64,000 nt of DNA, taken from NCBI RefSeq assembly GCF_009914755.1, contig NC_060929.1. One strand, written 5' to 3'. Positions 46,573-59,520 of this stretch are shown one piece after another. The stretch comes from the human T2T-CHM13v2.0 reference genome, Homo sapiens. The notes under the pieces were generated by a model that was given only the letters and a program-made list of their open reading frames with translations, ran no database searches and was not told the DNA's origin. Every line of letters starts with the position of its first letter. Position 1 is the stretch's first letter. A program made the position numbers and the translations under genes.

Positions 46573-49500
46573 TGTCCAGTGAAGCCCCTAGCACTTCCAG
46601 CATAGACCCTTACTTTCTGACCAGGACATTGTCCCCGACCAGCATTTCACAGATGAGGCTGGCCTCACGGGCCTCATGCTCCTTGTGCTGGGATACCTCT
46701 CCAGCCTGATTCCTAGTGCAGTGCCGGGGATTGAGACATGGAGACATGCAGTAGCACACAACACATGTCTGTTCAACTGGTGAGTCAAATGAGAACGATC
46801 TTCCTGCCCTCCCTCTCCCAGTCCCACACTTCTATGTGCTCTAGAAGCATCACTTCATTCCTGATGCTTGTCATGACTAATTCTACTGTAAAGTGACAGC
46901 AGTTAATCACACCTTAGAGTCACATAACAATATACAGCTTCCTAAATGCTCCCACCCACATCATGTCATTTATATTTCACAATAATCCTATGAAGTAGAT
47001 ATCACTCCCCCTCCTTGATCAGCAGAAGAAAGTGAGAGTCAAAGACACAAAAATCCCTGCTCACAGCAAATAGCTGGTATGTAGCACAGCAGACTTGCAT
47101 GTAGATGTTCTGATGTAAAGCTCCTGTTTTTAAAGCCGAATTTCACTTCTAAGTCAGTATTTTTGCTGCATATATATGCCAATGCACAGATGCCAGCTGT
47201 GGCAATAAATTAATTTTAATGATCTTTTAACTTTATTTTAAAATATCATATGGCAGACTCAGACCACATGGCAGAGTTAATCAGTGGTTATAATAGAGTT
47301 CTACCTGTGCCAATGAGGAATAGGGAAATTCCTTTCCTGCGGGCCATTCTCTTAGTGCCACATGTACATTAATCTAAATGGAACATTCCTCAGTGATTAT
47401 TTATGAACAGAAGCAGGTGGTACTGAATGATTGCATGTGAGATAAATCTAGGAAATATTTTTGTTGCATGTGTTCATTATATTAAAATGAGCCCCTCTCT
47501 GTATCCCACCTTCTTTGGTTAGATTATCTGCACTGGATGATTATTTAGCCCCTCATTTTAACCCTTTATGTCATTACCCCATGGCTCATCTTTCCCATGC
47601 TGAATCTGGAAAGATTGAATATCATAGAAGAATAGCAGAAGCTTTCAAATTCCATTAGTGGGTCTTGCTGCCAAGCTTCTCTGTGCGCTCAGAAGAGGAG
47701 GGGTTCTGAGCTCTCTTCACATCAGCAGGTTGCTCCTAACCTAGATAGAATCAGCACTCTCTGAACTATGATCCACTAACAGATCCTGCCCAGTTAGATG
47801 TGGTTAAGAAGCTAATCTGTAACGCATTGAAGCAATATTCAAAATGAAACTTTGGAGCCCCACCAGGATATTATCTTTTCTTTTCCCCACCAAATAGCCA
47901 ATGCACAATAAATTGCTCTAGAAGCCACTAATTAGTTGTTGGCTTTACTAGTGAGGACACACTGAGGGACAGAGACCTAATGTTTGAGTTGGGTTCATTA
48001 CATCACACAAGGACCCTGGCTGGCACCCAGGAGGCTTATTTTCCCCTTTCTGATCAGATCTAAGTCCTGTTTCCTCATTTTCTATAGACGATGAATAAGT
48101 TTAAACTGAACAACCACCTGTACCAATTCCTGCCACACCCCCCACCCTACCGCCCCCAGCTACCGTTGCAGGTGTCTAGTCTTTGCTTAGCTATTTGATT
48201 GGACACAGGGGGTAGACATTTTTTATAAATACCTATTAGCTAACCACGCATTTCTTCAAACATGTATTTCAGTTTCTTACTTAATAAGCTTAGACTTCTC
48301 ACATCAACATTCTATCAAAGGAATATACAGATTTTAGAGGTTCTCATATTCAAATACAGATCATTGTTACAATCCCTATTTACTTGCTGAAAAATCGGAT
48401 GGGAACAATGTAAGACAGTCTCAGCTCTTCCCCACTCTGATCCTGAGCCACATTTCTCTATATAAAACTCCAGCCATTGAGGCTCACCCAGAACTCATCC
48501 TTTACTATTACTGTAAGAATCTAATAGAAATCATATTTTTATTGTTCTTAAAAATTTAAATTACTTTAAGAAGACTGAGAGGCATACCTCTCCATTATAG
48601 AGAGCAGAAAGATGAGCTATTTATGCGAATCATGAGGGGTTTTAAAAGTCCTCTGGTCCTGCGGCCTAATCCCTGCCAGAGAGGAAGACAGCATTGGGGA
48701 GTGAGACACTGGGCTAGACCTCAGCTCTGATACCATCTGTGGACCTGGCAAAGGTTACTCTACTTCTGTTCCTTCTGTCAGTAGAAAGAAGCTGACATTA
48801 CTTAGCCCCATATAGTTTTTTGGAGGTTACGTAAAGTTGTGAAGTGAGATAATTCACATGAAGTGGTTAGCAGAGTGCCAGAACATAGTAAGTGTTCAAT
48901 AAATCTATTAACAGGTTATTCTAAAATTGAGTTATCCCTTACAGTAACTGTTCCCCAGTTTATGAGATTATAGTTTATAATTCTATGGAATAAGGCACCT
49001 CATGTTAGCTGCCTATTTATTTTATAGACAATACTAGGAAGTTTATTAATTAAAGACAAAATTGCTTTCTGAAGAGAATCCTGTCATGTCCTGTCAGGTC
49101 AGTACTTTCTCGGCACATTTCTTTCCATGGTCAATGTCTTCTTAAGCCTTTCCCAAAGCTATCTGCTTGTCATTTAATTGTCTGTTTCTTTCTTTATCCA
49201 CCATTAGATTATAAGCTTCTTGGGGGTAGAGCCTGGGTCTAGTTCACTGTGCCTTCTGAGTACTAGATTGTCAATTAAGTATTTGTTCAGTCAATCAGTT
49301 GTTCAATCAGTCCTTCAGTCAATCAAAGGATGAGTGGATAAATGAATGTGGGTAGTTCTTCAATTCAAGAAATATCAAGAAAATCATTTCCAAAAGATTT
49401 CTGTTCTACCCCTAACCCAGCTGGCCATTTCAACCAGAGAGCTCTGTGCTTCACTCCACTCCTGGGCTGATCAGGAGTCGATATTTGAGCTCAATGCTTA

Positions 49501-49700
49501 GCTTTAAAAAGCTTAGGTGAAAAGAAGCAGGACTATCTAAATATAGTCCTTATTTTCAGATATGTAACTTAAAATCCTTCCTGAATTAAGTGAGATCAGC
49601 AGAGAGCCACATTCCTAGACTTCAGCAAGGTGCCCTAGAGCTACTTTATTGAATGGCAGGCAGGAGGGGGTAGTCTGATGTTCATGACGTACTGTGGGAG

Positions 49701-52505
49701 GATTTTATAAGAAACTGCCCTGTGAAGCTTATTACTGTGTTTACTGTCAGGTTATTATTGAGGACATTTATTATTCTATTAGGTAGTATGCCTTCCTGCA
49801 CCAGTAATGTTGCTGCTTCCACTGAGCGCTGGGCTTGATTTTGTTCCATGGATGCATTTTTGTTTTTATAAATGGTTATTTTGACCATCAGAAAGACTAC
49901 AGCCAACTTTCGCCTTACCTCTAACAAATGAGTATTTTATGTTAGGGCATGAATTGTGTGAACCTTCCCTCTTGCCCCATTTTACTTCTCTGCCCTTAAA
50001 TTCTCTTTATCACATCTTTTGAGTTCTTATTTTAGTGGCTTCTCACTTAGTATATCTACCTTTTTTTTCAAGCTACACTAAATCCTTTCTGAAATGTACA
50101 GTCTCAAAGTAAATCAATGAATCCTAAGGGAAGTAGTCAGATCCATATTGACCCTAAGTGGTTCTTCCAGAGTCAGTTTCATGGACTGTGGATTCAGTTA
50201 CATAATTCTCACTTAAAACCCTCAGTGGCTGCCCACAGGTCTCCTGATACTCTCCCGCTACCTTCTACTGCTAGTTGACACCCAGTGATGGTGCTCGTTT
50301 GAGGACTTGGAATTCACTAAGAATTCCTCTAGGTTCAGGCCTCCATCCCTTTGCAGAGTGAGTCTTTCCCTCTGCTCCATCCACTACTTACTTTCAACAA
50401 CTGGCACTCATCTCCCCTAAAGGGCAAGCCTTTCTTGACTTCTCAGTAAGAAGCCAACCTCTCCTTGTGCATATTCCATGGATCTCTTTTTTGCCTTTAT
50501 TCTACTCCATTAGTTGAGTTCCCCAGGTTCTGGGACTTGGCTTTATTCATATACAGTTCTTGACACACAGGAGGTGCTCAGTAAATACCTTGTTCAATGA
50601 ATGAGAATGGAGTAAGTGAGAGAATGTATAAATGCCATATACCTGGATTTAATGTTGATTTTTAAAAATGAGCAAAGTAACAGCAGTTAAGTGTGTCTCT
50701 CTATAGCAAATCGTCCAAAAAAGATACTAAGAGATTTATTTGTAATTTTATCTTATTTTCAAAAAGAAAGAAAATCAAATAAAAATTTGCATCTCAAGGG
50801 GATACAGCCTGTTACTTTATGAATGTTAAACTTTTGCTGTTCTCTTGATACAATTTTACACTGTCATTAAATATTAACTATAATGTTTAATTTAACCATA
50901 TTTATTTATTTATAGTCTAAGTTCAAAAAGGATCTGAGATTGTTAATAAGATGCAAATGTGTGAAATAGTTGTATTTTTAAAAAGCACTTAAAGAGCCAT
51001 AATTGAGAATATATATTTGAATAAAATAGAAATATCAGGAAAAAAAATAGAATACACATATGTGAGTTCTAACTTCCCATGCAATATAGCTGAAACATAA
51101 ATATGGCTTTTATCTTTCTAACAGCCAAAGGCAGATCAAGGAAAATGATCAAATAAATAATTAGTGTGTTGGGGGGGATGCTACCATTCATTTCTGTTGA
51201 GTTAAGCCTAAAATGAGATTCTATGTTGAATTTCATATAGGGAATATTGAAAGACATAGTGAGGGGAACACTCATGAACATATCAGACCAGCAAATGTAA
51301 TAATTGGTTTTATTTGGCTGTTTCTGTAATTTCCATCAAAAGAAGCCAAGGACATAACATGTAAATAGTTAATCTTTCCTTATTGTAATTCTAGGCTAGC
51401 TAGTATTGCATATAGTTTTAATCCCCAGCTATTTATGATAATCCAGCTGGCAAAGTCTACTGCAGTCGAAGGCCAAGTAAGTAATGTAGAAGAGGGAAGA
51501 TGGTCAGAACCAGTCATATGGGTCTGGAGGGTGCCTGACTCACATAAAAAGGAGAATAAAGCCCAAGATCACTAATTTTTCAGACAATGAAAATCCAGAT
51601 TTTTGGTGTGAAATCTTCTCATTTGTAAATGTTTTCAACTGATTTGAATAAAACAGATTGCTCTGTGTGGCAAACAAAATACATTTATTCATAGCCTAAA
51701 TATGAGCCTTACACTGGATTTTACATTCAGGCTGCTATTTTCTTACATCTGTTCTACAATTTGAAAGATGTTCTCCAAAAAAGGCCAGGAATAAGTGAAG
51801 GAGAATTAGGTATTGTGGTGGTTGTTTCAGCCACTTTAAGTTTGCTAGTTAGATAATGCTAGCTTTTGTAACACATAGATCCCAGAATTTCAGTGCTTAC
51901 CACAATAGAAGTTCATTTCTTTCTCATTCAAATAACAGTCCATTGTGGGACTTGCTGGTGGGCAGACTCTGCCCATTCATTGTTATTTAGTGTCATTCTG
52001 TGATAAAAACTGTTGGAGCCTCTGCTGTGCTCAGCATGTAGGATCCAAGGTCATTTTGGGGTCATCTCTATCCCAATTGGCCAAAAAAGAAGAGATTGTT
52101 GAGGTGTGGGCTTGGAAAACTTCTAACTGGTCATACGTGGAAGTGGTGCATTGGTTAGAACTCAGTCATGAGACCACATTAATTACAAGGAATGCTAAAA
52201 AGGGTAGTCTAGCTGTATACCCAGAAAGGAGAGGGGAATATGGATTTTTGTTAAGCAGCCCTAACATAAAATACTCACTTGTTAGAGGTAAGGCAAAAGT
52301 TGGCTGTAGTCTTTCTGATGGTCAAAATAATCATTTATAAAAACAAAAGCGCATCCATGGAATAAAATCAAGCCCAGCACTCAATGGAAGCAGCAACATT
52401 ACTGGTGCAGGAAGGCATACTACCTAATAGAATAATAAATGTCCTCACTAATAACCTGACAGTAAACACAGTAATAAGCTTCACAGGGCAGTTTCTTATA
52501 AAATC
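49701..52505. repeat. 248 bp inverted repeat pair (49701-49948 and 52258-52505), spacer 2309 bp
   Basis: Manual alignment: 9 substitutions, no indels (~96% identity); arms do not resemble a recognisable interspersed repeat. Confidence 0.95.
51843..52257 (-). mobile_element. MLT1J/K-like LTR lacking its terminal ~15-20 nt
   Basis: Reverse complement reads 'gctgcttaacaaaaatcc...tttctgggtatacagctagactac...catgactgagttctaacc'. Confidence 0.7.
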
Positions 52506-53714
52506 AAATCTGACTCAGGCTCCATGTGTCATGTGTTAGCAGAAAGTTCAGTTTCGGTCATTTGGGAGGAAGGGTGGTCCTCTCTCCCTCCTGGGATTTG
52601 CAGAAGTACCCCAGTAACTTTACTTGCCAAAAGTTGGGGCCACTAACTTCTAGTGGGTTGTGACTTTCCTTCCCTCTGCTCCATGTCCATGCCTATGGGC
52701 CCATTCAGAGCCTTGTGGCTCTTTTTATTCAGTGCTAAGCTTTAACAGAGGGTTTATGGCAGCTCCTGGTCTATATACAACACTCAGCATCAGGCCTCTT
52801 TACATATAATTGCCTATTTCAGGTCTTATTACCCAAAGGACCTGTGTACAAGTGGAGTACGCTCTCTGCTGTCTTAAGAACCCCCAATACTTAATCTGCT
52901 CTAAATTCTGAAGCAACTTCCTCCCCTTAGGTTTTTCTACTTCCTTTTCTTTTTCAAAGCACCAATCTCCATTCCCTCCCTTGTTGGGGCATTTTCAGGT
53001 TGTTTTATTAATGAGACCAGGTTTCCCAACCAAAGGCTTTCCAGATGCTCAAACTCTACCACAAAAGTTAATTTCCTCTCCTTGCATAGGAGTTGGGGGT
53101 AGTGTTGGTAATGTAGTAGCAGCAATTCCTCTTTATGAGGAAGTTAATGTTTTAAGGCTGAACTTACTTGAAACTTAAGGGATTTTTTTTAGAGGGTTGT
53201 GTACTTAGTAATGCTTAGATAGGAAGGCTTAAACAGAAATGCTTAGACAGAAATATGTGCTTAGATAGTTGAGTCAAAATGTGATATATTTTTATTTATT
53301 TTGTTCGCGAATGTGAAGAAATACTAAAATTATTAGGTAAAATAAAATCAAAGCTGTAAGCATTAGTTCTTAGCACTGAAATTGACTTTGCCTACTCTTT
53401 CACCTGTTAGATATCTTTTACTCCCCAGTGATAAGTTTATTATCATCAGATTTACCAGGTGGTAACATACATAAGAGGAAATGTGAGTACCTACACCAAT
53501 AATCATGATACGTGATAGAGTCATTGGCAAGGTCTGAGAAGAAAAGGGAGACTCAATAAATGCCTGTCTCTCCTCTCCCCAGCCTCTCCTCACACTATAC
53601 ACACCCTCCATACACACTGCTCCCTGCCCCAGTAAATTGGATGAGTTGACTAAATATTTAAGAAATTCTTGAGTATAAACTGCATGTATAGAACATTTTC
53701 CCCTCTGAACATTC

Positions 53715-54175
53715 AAGACAGACTGCTTTGGTTTAGAGCCCAGCTCTACCAGTTACTAGCTGAGTGTCTGAGTAGATTGCTTGATCCTGAGGCTTAATTT
53801 CCACGACTGCAAAATGGGGATACTAAATGTATCTAGCTCACAGATTTGTCATGAGGGTTAAATGTGTTAATTTTTATAAAATCCTTAGACTGGTACCTAC
53901 AACACAATCAATTTTATGTACGTGCTTGCTAAACAATAAAACAAAACAAAAAAATAAAACAACAAAACCAGCATACATTTCCATGTTTTGCTCAGTGGTA
54001 AGTTTTAACCACATTCTTTGTGAGAGAATGCTCTGAATGTTCAGCATCGTGATTATCTGTAAAATGGAATAATGGTAGAACCTACCTCAACAGGATTATT
54101 GTGAGAATTAAATGGGATGACACTGGTGAAGAGCTGAAAGTGGTCCTGGGATATAGCCAGCCCTCATTAATGTTG
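53715..54175 (+). mobile_element. Two MIR fragments
   Basis: 'cccagctctaccagttactagctg...gtcatgagggttaaatg' and 'ctgtaaaatggaataatggtagaacctacctc...gtgagaattaaatg'. Confidence 0.7.
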
Positions 54176-57100
54176 ATGGTGATTATCAGTGCATCGGTGC
54201 TGCTGCTATTGTTGCCTTGTCCTGACCCTCATTTGCTACATATGCTTTGACATTTATCTAAGTGTTTAAAAGCATATATTTTTTGGTACCAAATTCCATT
54301 TTATTGATTTTAACTCTTAATTATTTCACTGTCTTCAAAAAAAATACATGTCCCTGTTGAGCCCAAGATATTACTCACTCATTCTTTCTGTGCACGAGGA
54401 GAGCATGTAGGAGACTGTTTTGTTTCTGCCAAAGGAGGAATTAGTACGGGGCGTTTCTGCTCACCTTCACTTGAGTAAGAACACAGTGATTGCTTTAGGC
54501 AGAGGTCAATGCCATGGGGAATGGAAAACTACTGCCTACGAGTTTTGCAACTGAAAAAGACAATCTTTGATGTTTCAAGGCAATTCTGACCACACTCTTT
54601 TTCCTCCACCTTTGCTGCCCTAACCTTTACTTTCTCAGCTTCCTGGAGAATGCCCTCCTACCTGTTTATCTCTAACTCTTGCTTGACCCCATAACCAAAT
54701 GCCCCAACTGGGAATTTTTATGATGCATATTTCCTGTGCTCAGTGCTAAATCAAATGCAGCTGATTTTACCGTTTCTTTGACATCCATTTTTGGATGCAT
54801 GTTCCTGGAGACATTTGTGTCCCTTTAGAGTGGGAGCCCGTGCAGGGCGGAGAAGGGCCTGATGGCACACACCTTTCCATGAGACCCTTTTGACGTTACT
54901 GTTCACCTTCCTCATTGCGGGGGCCCAGGATGGGACTTAAACTGTCCCTATTTCATTATGTTGTTCTTTTTCTGCTTTAGCCTTTCCACTCTCAAATTCT
55001 CTTGTCAGGAATTCCTCTAGAAGCACCCTCAAGGAAATTGAATGAAAAAACTCAGAATTTTTGAAAATTTAAACAAGTAAATTTTTGTATAGTTTCCTAA
55101 AAATCATTGAGGATATCAATACCCTCTTTTGCAAAATAAAAAAGGAAATTGTTTCTAGCTTTAAATTTTATTTAAAATTTAAGTAACTGCTCATCTGCAG
55201 ATTTTTATCATTTGTAGTGTTTCAAATATAAATAATTCTATGTTTTGCCCAATCTCTTCCCTTTCTTTTATGTGCCATTTACTGAGGGCTGACATAAATC
55301 CCACTGGGAGACTACAGAGAGTAAAAAGCGACCTGGAAGAGTTTGCTTGAGCCTTTATGACTGAAAAGTTTTGTCATAGTCTCAGAATCTGTAACAATAC
55401 TCAGTGACCATATTTAAAAAAATGATTCAGACAGACTTGTTCAAGCAGATGTGATTTCTGCAAGGATAGCCAGGTCAGAGTCCACAAATGGTTTAAATAT
55501 GAATCATCTTAAAAAACAAAGAAAAACTAAAATAGTAACTCTACACTTCTTAAACTTTTTCCATTAAAAACTCATGACAATATTGTGTTATAGGAACTAA
55601 GAAGGACCTGAGCTTCTCATAGAAAGGATACCAGTAAATCACAAAATCCAAGAAGAGGCAAAGGAATGTAAAACCAAAATAAATAGTTATTAATTATTCA
55701 TTCTTCAACTATTTTTACTGATCCTCACAAGCCAGTTTCTCATCCTTCAGGCTTAGTGGGTGCAGGGAGCCTTGGTTGTGAATTGCTATTGTCTGTCCTC
55801 ACAGAAGAACTGGTTTAGAGGAAGGATTAAAAGGAAAAGCAGGAGGAGGTTTGGAGGGTCAAACAGGGAGGCTGCTTCAGGAGTAGGGGAGAATGCAGAT
55901 GGCAGTAAGGGCAGGAGTGGGAGCAGGAACAATGTGAACAGTGAGACTAGAAGTTCAGTAGAGGGAATAGTCGGAAATCAGAATAGGAGGCGTTATTCTT
56001 CTTTGTGGAATTGCTAATAAGAATACAGCTAAATGTTTGCATTAAGCATTAAAAACAAGTTATGTCCAGTTTGAGCCCATGGGCATGTTTCCCCCTCAAT
56101 GCTCTTTCCCGCATAAAACACACTTCCCCAGAGTGTGGAGCTCAGGAGGTAACCAAAGTAACCAAAGAACTCTGCCATGGTAACCCTTGCAAGGCTGCCA
56201 TGTTGAGTTAAAGTGATTGTTGTGGATAAAAGCTTCACTGAATGGAAATGGAGGGTTGAGATTTTAGCCTAAACAGTAGCATGTTTAATGCTTATAAATG
56301 TGTAGTTTTTAGTTAATTGGAATAGCTAAAAGCTTAGTTGGGAAAAGACTCAGTAACATTTTGGGAGATCTTTCTATGACTTCTCCAAAACTGTGTTGCC
56401 CGAGGAATTTACTTTGCCTTTCAGCCCTGGATCTTAGAATAAGAATTTAGACTTTAGAATGACTTTCCAGCAAAGCAATCCCTTGCTGGTTAGTTTCAAG
56501 TCTGACATGTTTGGAAATTTGTGCCAATGAAATTCTAGCTGCACAGCTCCCACTGTTCTCCCATTCATGTCCTACGTACCTGTGTTGTCTTAAACATTGT
56601 TGAGGGTAAACAGTTGTTTTCAACATCTTCAGTATGGCGAATTTTTAAAAATATTTTTTAATTAGTTTTCTCTGATGGGTTTTTTTTATTTTTATTTTCA
56701 AGACAGTATGTGTTGGGAAAATTTCTGGCCTCAAAATATAATTCTTTGCACCTCTCATGAATAAATATTATGACAGAAGGATCTCTCTCTTTCAGCAATG
56801 ACCATGTGTAGCCTTAAAAATGCTCAGTAGTAAGACTCTAGGCTGGTGTTTCTCTATCTGAAACTGTAGGTTCATGGGCATATTTTCAGATCTGTGTGGT
56901 GTATTAATAGACTGTGTGACCTGGGAGCTATTGTACACATCAACTTTAACATATTTTAGAAAGAGTCGATGGATATTTGTGTGCCATTTTCTGTTGACTC
57001 CCGCATAGCAGAGCAAACTAAATCTGAGGAAGATGGTGAAATGTCAGAACAGCAAGTAAAATTCTTCCTCTCTCTTGCTGGATTTCATTTAGGAGCAAGT

Positions 57101-57317
57101 GATCAAAGAGACTGAAAACCTGGAATCTTGAGGCTGGGTCTGTCCATTGGCACATTTGGGGATGATAGGGGGTGGGGAAAATCAGGTTTTACATGATTTC
57201 TATAAATTCACAGAGTTCCTGCATGGAATCTACCTTCAGCTTCACAGAAACAATCTTCTCTAAGCCTTCCAGATTGCCCACAGGAGTCTAAGGAGTTTCT
57301 TTAAAGAGAGATGTATG

Positions 57318-57619
57318 GGCTGGCTATGGCGGCTCACACCTGTAATCCCAGCACTTTGGGAGGCTGAGACGGGTGGGTCACGAGGTCAGGAGATCAAAAC
57401 CATCCTGGCTAACAAGTGAAATCCCGTCTCTACTAAAAATACAAAAAAATTAGCCAGGCATGGTGGCGGGCACCTGTAGTCCCAGCTCCTCAGGAGGCTG
57501 AGGCAGGAGAATGGCATGAACCTGGGAGGCGGAGCTTGCAGTGAGAGTAGGTTGCACCATTGCACTCCAGCCTGGGCAACAGAGCGAGACTCTGTCTGAA
57601 AAAAAAAATAAAAATAAAA
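57318..57619 (+). mobile_element. AluY-like, full length
   Basis: Diagnostic 'ccatcctggctaac', 'gaatggcatgaacc', 'ggagcttgcagtg'; TSD core AGAGAGATGTA. Confidence 0.95.
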
Positions 57620-58964
57620 GAGAGAGATGTACAAGAAAGAGAATTTGTCAAAATCCATGACTGATTATATTTGGGATCAGGTGTTATTAAATATACAGTA
57701 TGTATATAAAAAGTACAAAAATCACATATTTTGTCTCTAAAAGGTTTCATCCATCATTGGTTAGATAAAGCTATTAGACAATGTACTTTAAAGAAGTTGA
57801 GATACATTAATATGTGTTAGAGAAAAGTAATGAGGAGGGGAGGGGCTTATGATGGACTTGGCAAAGAAATCATGATTTGGAGTTAGTGTTCTGGAGAGAG
57901 TGACTTAGAAATCAACATACTGTTGTGTGGATAAATATTTTATAATTAGCATTAAACATTACAAAGGGTTCAAATTGCATCAGTAAAGCTTTTTAGAGGG
58001 AATTTGCTCATTGAACCATGAAAAGGGGGGATTTTCTGCAAAGGAGGCAGACAGAGATTTGCTAGGACCCTAAAGCTAATAAGCAAATTTGGGATAAGCT
58101 TGTACTTAGTTTAGCTTTAGTGGGGCTTCTAAGGTAGAGTCCTGTGATATCAGTCATGTTCTTGTTTTACAGAAATACCAGTTTAAGCAGAATAGGTATT
58201 AAGTGAAGGCCATGGCTAACTCTCACTCTCCAGGAGAGCCAGAGAACCAGATTTGGAAATGGAAGCTGAAACAATGGTCAAATCACACCACAGAACTTCC
58301 CCAGGTAGCTTCCCACTGCTGTATAGTTCTAGCTGGTACCTCTGGCTCTGTGCACTGGAAGCCTCCACTAGAACTTTTGCTTCTAAACAGGGTGTTTCTG
58401 CTGTGAACAGAGGGCACATAGCAGCTATTCTTATCTGAATTCTGGCATAAATGTTTCAAGCCTTGCACTGAGGATGCGAGGGAGGCTTCTGCTTTGAGAA
58501 AGTGAGGTCTCAAGGTGGGGAAATAACCAAGCTTAGGAAAAGTGTTCAAAGATGGTTGGCAGGCAAAAAGAATGCTATAGTTCCATCACACCCAGTAAGT
58601 TTGTGGGTCTCAGATAAAAGAAAATCAAGGCAAGTTCAACTGTAGGCTGGAAAAATATTAGAGTTCTTAATGGTTGACTTATTCCATGCTATTTGTTTCT
58701 TTAAACCTTGTCCTTCAATATATCTGGATTTAAATTTGTCAAACAAAGGTGATAATGTGATATTATTAGTTATTCATATTGTTAACATTTTTCTTATGAA
58801 TCATAATTGATTGGATGCTGTGATAGTCTTTCTTTTCCACCTATTACCGGGTGCAATGTCACACCTGTTGGCAGTTGGTGGCTTACAGGTACAGTGCCTT
58901 GGAGGAAATAGTGACACCCTAATAAAGTGATTCTCAAATTTAGTGAGTCTTAGGTTCACCTGAA

Positions 58965-59520
58965 AGCCCTATTTAAAATACAGGTAGAAGAGTTAAAATA
59001 TGACCCAGCAGTTCTGTTCCTAGGTATATACTGCAGAGAATGGAAATATGTCCACACAAAAGCTTGCACAAAAATGTTCATGGCAACATTATTTACAATA
59101 GCAAAAAACTGGTAACAACTCAAATGTCCAGCAATTGATGAATGGATAAACAAAATGTAAAATATTCAACTAATGGAATATTATTTATCCATAAAAAGGA
59201 ATTCTGGTTCATACTACAACATGGACAAACATTGAAAATACTGTGTTAAGTGAAAGAAGCCAAAAACAAAACTCCACATATTGTAAGATTCCATTGATTG
59301 AAAATGTCCAGAATAGGTACTGGTTGCCATTGGCCTGAGGGGGTGAGATGGATAAGGAGTGAGGGAGTGACTGCTAATGGATATGAATTTATTTTTGTAT
59401 TTATGAAATGTTCTGGACTCCGTAGTGATAGTTGCACAACTTTGTGAATATACTAATATTGCTGAATTGTACACTTTAAAAGGATGACTGCTATATCTCA
59501 ATAAAAAATAAAAATGAAAA
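58965..59520 (+). mobile_element. L1MB/ME 3' fragment inserted in a MER5-like element
   Basis: 'atatgacccagcagttctgttcctaggtatata...gatgaatggataaacaaaatg...tatatctcaataaa'. Confidence 0.8.

Noticed and set aside
49682-49927. 81 aa ORF overlapping the left inverted-repeat arm
   Set aside because: Non-ATG start, no recognisable domain or splice context; expected by chance.
49701-52505. Inverted repeats read as TIRs of a new DNA transposon
   Set aside because: No TSD at the outer ends (GGGAG / AAATC), no transposase remnant, and the spacer is ordinary genomic DNA with older L2 and MLT1 relics.
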